Positions 12,617 to 24,600 of a stretch of 64,000 nt of DNA are shown here, piece after piece. The DNA is from Octopus sinensis. Its lineage: Eukaryota. Below the pieces are notes generated by a model that did no database searches, was not told the DNA's origin, and saw only the letters and a program-made list of their open reading frames with translations. Location: assembly GCF_006345805.1 (NCBI RefSeq), contig NC_043000.1, forward strand, positions 119,350,001 through 119,414,000, written 5' to 3'. How positions within the stretch are numbered: position 1 is the first letter of the stretch; each line of letters starts with the position of its first letter. Position numbers and translations under genes: made by a program.

Positions 12617-15600
12617 AATAATTAATCACCATTTAACGTCTGCTTTCCATGCTAGCATGGGTTGGACGGTTTGACTGAGGACTGGCGAACCAGATGGCTG
12701 CACCAGGCTCCAATCTGATCTGGCAGAGTTTCTACAGCTGGATGCCTTTCCTAACGCCAACCACTCCGAGAGTGTAATGGGTGCTTTTACATGCCACTGC
12801 ACAAGCGCCAGCCAGGCAGTACTGGCAATGGCCATGCTCAAGTGGTGTTTTTTTACGTTATACATATATACAAATATTTAAACATAATTATAATTAGGGT
12901 TCAGTTAATTGCTTCACCACATACCGAATTTACAAACAGGTGTTAAAATTCCTTTTCTATTACTATAAGAATCTCCATGACAGTAAACATACTTTTTTAC
13001 AAAGTATGTGGTGAAGCAATTAGCTGACCCCTAATTATAATTATGCTTGTAATTTTTAAATATTTGTATAATTTTACCTATAAAGGTTATTTTAACGTTC
13101 CGATCTACTTGGTGAAATTATTAATTGATTGATTAATTCATTAATTTAATTGATAAATTTTACCCTTTCATCATCATCATCATCATCATCGTTTAACGTC
13201 CGCTTTCCATGCTAGCATGGGTTGGACGGTTCAACTGGGGTCTGGGAAGCCCGAAGGCTGCACCAGGCCAGTCAGATGTGGCAGTGTTTCTACAGCTGGA
13301 TGCCCTTCCTAACGCCAACCACTCCGAGAGTGTAGTGGGTGATTTTATGTGCCACCGACACAGGTGCCAGACGAGGCTGGCAGACGGCCACGCTCGGATG
13401 GTGTTTTTTTTTTATGTGCCACCGACACAGGTGCCAGACGAGGCTGGCAGACGGCCACGCTCGGATGGTGTTTTTTATGTGCCACCGACACAGGTGCCAG
13501 ACGAGGCTGGCAGACGGCCACGCTCGGATGGTGTTTTCTTATGTGTCACCGACACAGGTGCTAGACGAGGCTGGCGGACGGCCACGCTCGGATGGTGTTT
13601 GTTACGTGCCCTCAGCACGGAGGCCAGTCATTGCGGTACTGGCTACGGTCACGTTCGGATGGTTTTCTTATGTGCCACCGGCACTGGTACCACAAGGATA
13701 CAAATTCCATTGATGTTCATCTATTTTGATTTGGTTCGATTTGATTTGATACGATTCGATTCGATTCTCACTTGCCTCAACAGGTCTTCACAAGTGTCAC
13801 AAGAAGGAAGGTATGCACAGGTGGACTGACTACGTCCCAGGTAGGGGCCACGGATTATGGCTTCACTAGTCTTGCCGGGTCTTCTCACGCACAGCATACT
13901 TCCATAGGTCTCGGTCTCTAGTCATTTCCATGGTGAGACCTAACGTCCGAAGGTCGTGCTTCACCACCTCGTCCCAGGTTTTCCTGGGTCTACCTCTTCC
14001 ACGGGTTCCCTCAACTGCTAGGGATTGGCACTTTCTCACACACCTCTCTTCATCCATTCTCGCCACATGACCATACCAGCGCAATCGTCTCTCTTGCACA
14101 CAACAACTGATGCTTCTTAGGTACAACATTTCTCTCAAGGTACTAACGCTCTGTCGAGTAAGTACACTGACATTACACATCCATCGGAGCATACTGGCAT
14201 CGTTCCTCACGAGCTTACGCATGTCCTCAGCAGTCACGGCCCATGTTTCACTGCCATGTAGCATAGCTGTTCGTACACATGCATCATACAGTCTGCCTTT
14301 TACTCTGAGCGAGAGGCCTTTTGTCACCAGCAGAGGTAAGAGCTCCCTAAACTTTGCCCAGGCTATTCTTATTCTAGCAGTTACACTTTCAGCGCACCCA
14401 CCCCCACTACTGACTTGGTCACCTAGATAGCGGAAACTATCAACTACTTCTAGTTTTTCCCCCCGAAAGTGACAGAAGTTGTTTTCTGCAGATTTTCGGA
14501 GGTCAGTGCTCCAGAGCACCTGCCACATACAAAAACTATCTTCCCAGTTAGCCTACCTTTGACATTGCTGCACCTCTTATGTGTCCATAGCTTACACTGG
14601 GTACATCTTATAGAGTTTCTACCTACACCTTTTCTACAGATCGAACAGGGCCATCTTCCTGATGATATTTGTGGGTTTTCTACCTTTCTACTTATTAGTA
14701 CTTTGGTTTTAGCTAGGTTGACTCTAAGGCCCCTCGATTCTAAACCCTCCTTCCACACCTGGAACTTCTCCTCCAGTTCTGATAGTGACTCAGCGATTAG
14801 AGCGAGGTCGTCAGCATAGAGGAGCTCCCAGGGGCAACCGGTCTTGAATTCCTCCGTTATTGCCTGGAGGACTATGATAAATAGGAGGGGGCTGAGTACT
14901 GAACCCTGGTGGACCCCAACCTCTACTTTGAATTCTTCTGTGTACATGTTGCCAACTCTAACCTTACTTACGGCATCTCTGTACATGGCTTGCACAGCCC
15001 TCACCAGCCATTCATCTATCCCTAGTTTCCTCATTGACCACCAGATGAGGGATCGGGGGACCCTATCAAAGGCTTTCTCCATGTCAACAAAAGCCAGGTA
15101 CAGGGGCTTATCCTTGGCTAGGTATTTCTCCTGCAGCTGCCTTACCAGGAATATAGCATCAGTGGTGCTTTTCCCTGGGACAAACCCAAACTGCATCTCA
15201 TCTAAACTAACTCTCTCTCTAATTAGTTGGGCTAAGACCCTCTCCGTAACCTTCATTACCTGATCCAACAGCTTGATACCTCTGTAATTATTTGTATCCA
15301 GGGCATCACCTTTACCTTTGTAGCAGTTGACTAGTATGCTGCTACACCAGTCATTGGGTATGACTCCTTCGTGTATCACCTGGTTGACTATACGGGTGAC
15401 TAGGTTATAGCCGACACTGCCAGATATTTTGAGCATCTCTGCAGTAATTCCTGATGGGCCTGGGGCTTTCCCTGTCTTCATGCTCCTAACTGCCTTAGCT
15501 ACTACGGAACTATCAACTCGGATAGCTGGTCCCTCTGTTGGGTCAACATTTGGCAGACTCTCTTTATCCCATTCATTTTCTTTATTCAGCAAACTTTCAT

Positions 15601-18600
15601 AGTGGCATCTCCAAACCTCTCTCTTTGCATCCTCATTTAGCGCAAGTGAACCATCATCCATGCGAACACACTTCTCTCCTACCACATCACGATTCTCTCT
15701 CACACACTGTCTTGCAACACGAAATACCTCAAGTCTTTCATCCTCACGGCTCAGAACATTGGCAAATTTTTTCTTATCCGCTTCCCCTCTGGCTATATAA
15801 ACCTGTCTCCTAGCTTCCCTTTTGGCTGTCTGATACAATTCCCTGCTACCACCGTTCTTCCAGTCCTTCCAAGCCTGTCTCTTTTGTCTAATAGCCCCGT
15901 CAACCACCGTGTTCCACCACCATGTTACTCTGGGTCGAGATGGTACTTTGCTCCATCCACAGATCTGGTCAGTGGCTGTCAGCAGATTGTCCCGTAGGAA
16001 TCTCCAGTTGTCTTCCACATTAAGTGAAGCTATATCCCCTTCTATTTCGTCAGAGGCTTCGAGTAGTATGTCTCTAAATCTCTGTGCATTTGCAGGATCT
16101 TTAAGCTTCCAGACCCTTCTCCTCCAAGCTGGTCTTCTTCTGGGCGACCATTTAGCTCTGATCCTGAAGTCGCTAACTACTAATCTATGTTGGGGAGTAC
16201 ATTCTTCGCCTGGGAAGGTTTTGGCATTTATAATCAGCCCTCTTTCCCTTTTTCTGGCAAGGATGTAGTCAATCTGGCTGGTGTGTCTGCCAGAACGGTA
16301 GGTGACTAGGTGAGAGGTGGGTTTCCTGAAGTGGGTATTGCAGACCATAAGGTCATTTGCATCGCAGAACTCCAGCAGCCTGGTTCCCTCCTCATTTCGA
16401 GAGCCAAAACCGTGGCCTCCATGGATGCCATGGAAGCCCCTGACATGTCGTCCAACATGTCCATTGAAATCACCTGCCACGAAGAGAAGGTCACTGTCAT
16501 TTGTCAATGAGGTAGTCCGCAATAGGGTGTCATAGAATTGGTCTTTTTGTCCTTCCGGTAGCCCTGGTTGAGGGGCATATGCCGAGATGATGGTAGCTGT
16601 CCTATGGTGAAGAACTAATCTAATTTTAATTACTCTGTCACTTATTCTGACTACCTCGATTACCTTTAATTAATATTATTATTATATATATATATATATA
16701 TATATAAGAGAGAGAGAGAGAAAGAGAGAATCAATATTTAGTAAAAGCAAATGAATGACGCTTAAGAGTTTTGTGCATTAGCACTTATGAAAGGGCCCTT
16801 GAATCATTCTGTTGCCCCTGCTGGATATTGACTTTATATACACACACACACACACACAAAAGCAAACATAAAAAGAAATTTCCAGCAATGCTCATTGATA
16901 TGTTCTGTTTTGCCTTTTAGTAGCTTCACTGACTTCAGAGAGCTACCCTAATTAAAACAGATTTATATCCGTCCTTATAGATTAAGAGTTCAGACTGTTT
17001 TCTTCTGAATCTACATCTTTGGACAAAACTGCATCCTCTCTGGTCAATTCAATAAACACCTTTCTCTCGAAATTGCTTGTTTTGCATCTTAATTAAAAAC
17101 TATTATAATTTCATTTTTATATTTTGTTTTATATTTTTAAAATATATAATATGTGCAGGAGTGGCTGTGTGGTAAGTAGCTTGTTTACCAACCACATGGT
17201 TCCTGGTTCAGTCCTACTGCGTAACATCTTGGGTAAGTGTCTTCTACTATAGCCTCGGGCCAACCAAAGCCTTGTGAGTGGATTTGGTAGACGGAAACTG
17301 AAAGAAGCCCGTCGTATATGTGTGTGTGTGTGTGTGTATATGTTTGTCTGTCTGTGTTTGTCCCCCTAGCATTGCTTGACAATCGAAGCTGGTGTGTTTA
17401 TGTCCCTGTTACTTAGTTTGGCCAAAGAGACCAACAGCATAAGTACTAGGCTTACAAAGAATAAGTCCCAGAGTCGATTTGCTCGACTAAAGGCGGTGCT
17501 CCAGCATGGCCACAGTCAAATGACTGAAACAAATAAAAGAGTAAAAGACAATATATACACACATATGCTGGTGGCACGTAAAAAGCACCATTTGAGCGTG
17601 ATCATACCAGCATTGCCTTACTGGCACTTGTGCCAGTGACACGTGAACAAAACATTCAAACGAGGTCGTTGCTAGTGCCGCTGGACTGACTCCTGTGCAG
17701 GTGGCATGTAAAAAACACCATTTCGAGCATGACCGTTGCCAGTACCACCAGACTGGCCCTTGTGCCGGTCGCACGTAAAAGCACCCACTACACTCTCGGA
17801 GTGGTTGGCGTTAGGAAAGGCATCCAGCTGTAGAAACTCTGCCAGATCAGATTGGAGCCTGGCACAGCCATCTGGTTCACCAGTCCTCAGTCAAATCGTC
17901 CAACGCATGCTAGCATGGAAAGCGGATGTTAAATGATGATGATGATGATGATGCACAAACACAGCATCCATGACTTTCAGAAACATATTTCCATGTTTAG
18001 AATTGCTGAAACATGGAATAAACTACCAACATTAGTTGTTAGCAGTTGGGGCACTATGTTCTTCAAAACTACCATGCTTCAGGAAATTTACCTACACTGC
18101 ACCTGATGCTCACCTCTCACCTTTATTAACGACTCATTCACTGTTCATTTTCTTCTGTGTATTATTCTATGTACTGTATATGCACTTTTGGTTACCTTTT
18201 CTGATAAGCTGTAGTGCACCTGAGCACTGTATACAATAAATTTCATTGTTTTATCTGGGGAAAGGTATCAATCATCATCATCATCGTTTAACGTCCGCTT
18301 TCCATGCTAGCATGGGTTGGACGATTTGACTGAGGGCTGGCGAACCAGATGGCTGCACCAGGCCCCAATCTTGATCTGGCAGAGTTTCTACAGCTGGATG
18401 CCCTTCCTAACGCCAACCACTTCGTGAGTGTCATTATACTAATAACAAAAGCAGCCTTGAAGAAGGCCTGGAATAGAGAAGGTATGTCATGGATGAAGTC
18501 ACAAATGGCAATGGAAGAATAATTAGTTGATTGGTTAAATGGTTAACCAATTGATAAATAATACAAGTCAAAACATCATCGTCATCATCGTTTTATGTCC

Positions 18601-21600
18601 GCTTTCCATGCTAGCATGGGTTGGACGATTTTCACTGAGGGCTTGTGAACCTGACGGCCGCACCAGGCTCCAATCTTGATCTGGCAGAGTTTCTACAGCC
18701 GGATGCACTTCCTAACACCAACCACTCTGAGAGTGTAGTGGGTGCTTTTTACGTGCCACCAGCACAGGGGCCAGCCAGGTACTGGCAATGACCTTGCTCG
18801 AATCTTTTTACACATGCCACTGGCACAGGTGCCAGTAAGGCGACGTTGGTAACATCATGTTCATTAACCCTTTCAATACCAAACCGCCCAAAACCGCCCG
18901 AAAAAAATTTTGGTTAATGTGACCAAACCACCCAAAGCCGCCCGAATTTACCTATTCATATTTAAATGAGAATATCAGAGCAAATCTCTTTAGTACATTC
19001 GTGAAAACACATATTATACTTCGTAAACAGTTCAACTACAGTTTTGTACAAAAATCGAAGTGTAATTTTAATTCCGTGAATTTTGGGAGATTTTTTTCCG
19101 AAATTTGTTCCTATTGTGTTTTCAAAATTTGTAATTCTGACAAAAAATGGATACGAATTTCATTATATCAAGCAGCGAGTCAGAATTCGAAGGATTTTCT
19201 ACTGAAGACCTTCATAAATCTAACTCTATGACTGAAAAAAAAAAGCACGTGGTATTTGATAATGAATCTGATGTTTCATTTTCCAAAAGTGAAAACAGTG
19301 AATCCGAGAGCTCCGACAGCAATAAAGAAAATGAATTGGCACCCAAATAGAGTGAAAATTTAAAAACTGTTTCTTTCGGTGATTTTTCTGAAGAAACTGG
19401 ACCAAGCCACAGACTTTCCCAGAAGAGTAAAGCCTTAGATTATTTCTTTTTACTTTTTCGAATGAGCCTATTTGAAATCATTACGGCGGTTACCAACCGT
19501 TACGCTAAATGTAAACAAAACGAAAGAAAGGATACTTTGTGGTTTCCTACAACCTTAAATGAAATTAAGGCTTATTTTGCCATAAATATTATTATGGGTA
19601 TCAGAAAGTTACCCAGAATAACAAATTCTATAGTAAAATTTTGTTGTATACCCAATTGAATATTAGCTAATAACCCAGTTTCTATAGCGATGATTGAACA
19701 AAATTTTAATAATTTTATATTTTGTTGAATTTACCTGTATCTACCTGCAATTAGAGTCACTTTGTGACAAAAATTATAGTATAGAATTGGTTGAGAACAT
19801 TTCATTAAATTATCTTCCAAAATTCATGTTAATATATTGATAAATAAAAAAGTTATAGTTGTTTAATGAAACCAGACTAAATTTATGATTACGTTAGAAA
19901 TTAATTGAAACACATAAGGGGTGTATTTTGGTCAGAAATATAGTAACGAAAGGGTTAATGGCTTGATGTCCCTTGAGAGATACAACATATTTATAATTTG
20001 GAAGTGGAGAGAATCTCAATTTAGATTTTAAATGGCACTGACCTTGGCTTGTCCAACCTGAAACGGTTCATCGTTTTTATAGATGACAGGAACACTTGGT
20101 CGGCTGGTTCTAATAAAGCAAATTCCTTTTGTTGCTGCAGCCAATTCTATGGCACGTTCACAAGAGACAGCATCACTGGGATAAAAGACAGTGGAACCAG
20201 GAATACTACGAAACATGGCAATATCTTCAAGTGCCATCTGTGATGGACCATCTTCACCTGTTCAGAAGAGTGAAAAAGGAAATGAAATTAAAGCATTTAT
20301 ATTAAATCTTGTGAACTAAATCTTAGTCGATTGGTTTACAGACCCAGGAAGACCTGGGATGAAGTGGTGAAACACGAACTTCGAACTTTAGGCCTCACCA
20401 AGGTAATGACTAGTGACCGAGACCTTTGGAAATATGCCGAGCATGAGAAGATCTGCAAGCCAAATGAAACTATTATGTCATGGCCTATGCCAGGGGCGTA
20501 ACCAGCCCACTTATGCGTATTTTTTTCTTCTTTGGACACAAAAACTCTGCTTGCGAAGACCTGTTGAGGCAAGTGAAATCAAAATCAAAATTGATGATTG
20601 GCGCCGTGCTAGCAGGGTGCAAAGAGCACCATTCGAGCGTGATCAATGACAGAGCGGCTAACTGGCTTCTGTGCCAGTGGAACTTAAAAGGCACCATTCG
20701 AGTGTGATCGTTACCAGCGTTGCCTTACTGGCACTTGTGCCTGTGCTAGTAGGGTGCCAAGAGCACATCAGAGCGTGATCGTTGCCAGAGCAGCCAACTG
20801 GCTTCCGTGCCAGTGGCACGTAAAAGGGCACCATTCAAGCGTGATCGTTACCAACATCGCCTTACTGGCACCTGTGCTGGTGGCATGTGTAAAAAGATTC
20901 GAGTAAGGTCGTTGCCAGTACCGCCTGACTGGCCCCCATGCCGATGACACGTAAAAAGCACCCACTACACTCTCGGAGTGGTTGACATTAGGAAGGGCTT
21001 CCAGCTGTAGAAACACTGCCAGATCAAGATTGGAGCCTGGTACAGCCATCTGGTTCGCCAGCCCTCAGTCAAAATCGTCCAACCCATGCTAGCATGGAAA
21101 GCAGACGTTAAACAATGATGTCCCCATCAGTTTTCAAATGAATATTGGCACCACGTAAAAGGCGCCATGCTCGTGCCATGTAAAAAACACTACACTCTGC
21201 ATAATGGCTGGCAACAGAAAAGACATGCCAAAGCAGACAACTGGAGCCTGGTGCAACTCTCCAGCTCTTGTCAAACCGTCCAACTAATGCCAGCATGGAA
21301 AAATGGCCATTAAATGATGACAAATCCAACAAAAACTGGAGTATTCAATAAAATATTCAAATGTATAAAAGAAACCCAAATCACTACAAACATTGATAAA
21401 TAATAAATTAATAACATCAATGTATCTCCCTATTATTCCAGTTTATTCTGACCAATCTGTGAAAGATCAACATCTCAAAGACAACGATCTTCTCTATTGC
21501 TTTGTACATTGTCCAAATTATCCTATTTTGGACATAAATACTTCTCTATTCTTTTGTTCTTTTATTTGTTTCAGTCATTTGACTGCGGCCATGCTGGAGC

Positions 21601-24600
21601 ACAGCCTTTAGTCGAGCAAATCAATCCCAGGACTTATTCTTTGTGAGCCTAGTATTTATTCTATCGGTCTCTCATGTCGAACCGCTAAGTGACGGGGACA
21701 TAAACACATCAGCATCAAGCGATGTTGGGGTAACACATACACAAACACACACACATACACGACGGGCTTCTTTCAGTTTCCATCTACCAAATCCACTCAC
21801 GAGGCTTTGGTCAGCCCGAGGCTATAGTAGAAGATACTTGCACAAGGTGCCATGCAGTGGGACTGAACCTGGAACCATGTGGTTGGTAAGCAAGCTACTT
21901 ACCACACAGCCACTCCTGCGCCTATGGACAAACATGCTTTTCTAGGAAGACTGAAAATGAACACTGCTTGTATGATGGTGATGCTCATTTACAACCAGTA
22001 AGGATACAAACAGTCTTACACGCATTATGGGCTTCTTCCAGTTTCCATTTACCAATTCCACTCATGTGAGTATAAAAGAAAACACTTGCCCAAGGTGCCT
22101 CAAAGTGGAAGAAAGAGCCCCAACCAATGCGGTTATGATGAGATACCCCTATCAACACAGTCGCTGAAAGTAATAAAATGAAATTAGTCAGATAAAGGAA
22201 TCTAGTCAGTGAAATAAACATAGAAACTTACCAATAGATATGCCAGCATGGGAACCACAGAAATTAGCATTAGTCTGAGAGATTGCTCCCATTCGGATTT
22301 GGTCAAAAGCTCTTGAAAGGAAGCAAGCGAATGTGCTGATGAAAGGAATTGTACGATCACGACAGGCACATCCAATGCCAACACCCACAAGATTCTGTTC
22401 AGCAATGTAGCACTCAATAAACCTACCAGGGAAGGCTTTCTGCAAATAAAAAAAGAAAAACATGCCATCAACGTTATCCAAGGGAAAGGCGAAGGGGCCG
22501 ATACAGCATGGTACAAGTGAATCACAACATATTTCAATAGCTAGAGTCAACTGGAGCAACGTGAAAATAAAGTGTCTTGCTCAAGAACACAACATACAGC
22601 CTGGTGAAGGAACCGAACTCGCTACCTCATGACTGTGAGCCTGGCACTTCCACTGAGCCATGCACCCTTCACATAAAGTAATCTGAACATTAAACGTTGA
22701 ACCTAAAAACCCAATAAAACATTGTACAGATAACAGGATAGATACAATTTATGCATCACCCCTAAATATATTTTGAAGTAGTTAATCGACTGCTACTTTA
22801 CAATAAAGGATCAAGGCACCTTGAAAATATGTAAATACATAAGTAGCTAGGCACAGGAGTGGCTGTGTGGTAAGGAGCTTGCTTACCAACTACAAGGGTC
22901 CGGGTTCAGTCCCACTGCGTGGCACCTTGGGCAAGTGTCTTCTACTATAACCTCGAGCCGACCAAAGCCTAGCGTGTGGATTTGGTAGACGGAAACTGAA
23001 AGAAGCCTGTCGTATATATGTATATGTATGTGTGTGTGTGTGTGTGTGTGAGAGTGAGTGTGTATGTTTGTGTGTCTGTTCCCACAACATCGCTTGACAA
23101 CTGATGTTTACGTCCCCGTAACTTAGCAGTTTAGCAAAAGTGACCGATCATGTAAGTACTAGGCTTACAAAGAATAAGTCCTGGGGTCGACTAAAGGCGA
23201 TGCTCCAGCATGGCCACAGTCAAATGACTGAAACAAGTAAAAGAATAAAAGAACATGCTTTATTTTTGTTTGAATATTTACCATGAAAGTTTGGGAGAAA
23301 GTTGAGTTCTTTGTGTCTCCATCCATGGCCACCACATATTTGCAGCTTTTGCCTATCTTCACCAGAGCTGTACCATAAGCTGCTCGGGTGGCAACCTAGA
23401 TGAAAAGATAAAGCAAACAGGTCAAGAAACTGAATGAGGTATTTCAACGTTATAAACTTGGTATATGAATGGTTACTTGAAAACTGGGGCTTTACTGGTT
23501 ACAATGATAAGGGTCCCAGTTGATTCGATCAAAGGAACAACCTGCTTGAGAAATGAAAGTGCAAGTGGCTCAGCACTTCACAGACACACATCAACATCCT
23601 CATCGTTTAACATCCGCTTTCCACAATAGAAGTAGCAAGAAATATTCATTCTGTCTATGGAAACAAAGCTTTAAGTGTCCAGAAATGTTAATGATGATTG
23701 GCTAGTTTCACTCAGGAAATTTTCACTCAGTGAAGCATTGCACAAAAATTTTCAAAAAGAGCTTCCATCATTGGTCAATCACAAGCCCCGACTGGCTTCT
23801 GTGCTGGTGGCACATAAAAACCACCAACCAATCATGGCCATTGCCAGCCTCCTCTGGCTCCTGTGCCAGTGGCACATAAAAACCACCAACCAATCGTGGC
23901 CGTTGCCAGCCTCCTCTGGCTCCTGTGCCAGTGGAATATAAAAAGCACCAACCAATTGTGGCCATTGCCAGCCTCCTCTGGCTCCTGTGCCGGTGGCACA
24001 TAAAAAGCACCAACCAATCGTGGCCGTTACCAACCTCCTCTGGCTCCTGTGCTGGTGGTACATAAAAAGCACCCACTACACTCAGAATGGTTGGCATTAG
24101 GTGCCAGTGGCACTTAAAAGGCACTATTCGAGCGTGATCTTTACCAGCGTTGCATTACTGGCACTCGAGCCCCGTGCTAGTAGGGTATTAAGAGCACCAT
24201 CCGAGCGTGATCGTTGCCAGAGCGGCTATCTGGCCTCCATGCCGGTGGCATGTAAAAGACACCATTCAAGCGTGATCATTACCAGCATCGCCTTACTGGC
24301 ACCTGTGCCAGTGACATGTGTAAAGGATTCAAGCGAGGTCGTTGCCAGTACCGCCTGACTGGCCCCATGCCGGTGGCACGTAAAAGCACCCACTACACTC
24401 TCGGAGTTGTTGGTGTTAGGAAGGGCATCCAACTGTAGAAACTCTGCCAGATCGAGATTGGAGCCTGGTGCAGCCATCTGGTTTGCCAGCCCTCAGTCAA
24501 ATCGTCCAACCCCGTGCTAGAAACGATGATGATGATGATGAAGGGGTGGACGTTTCCATTAAGCACTAACTTTTCTAAATGAATAAAAAAAATTGATATC

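Noticed and set aside
14450-14466. Programmed -1 ribosomal frameshift in RTE ORF2
   Set aside because: In the ORF frame the site reads G-AAA-AAC, not a canonical X-XXY-YYZ heptamer; a 1-bp deletion or homopolymer error is simpler
13150-16690. TSD for the long RTE copy
   Set aside because: Only a short TACC(C)TTT similarity that overlaps element sequence; flanks are low-complexity
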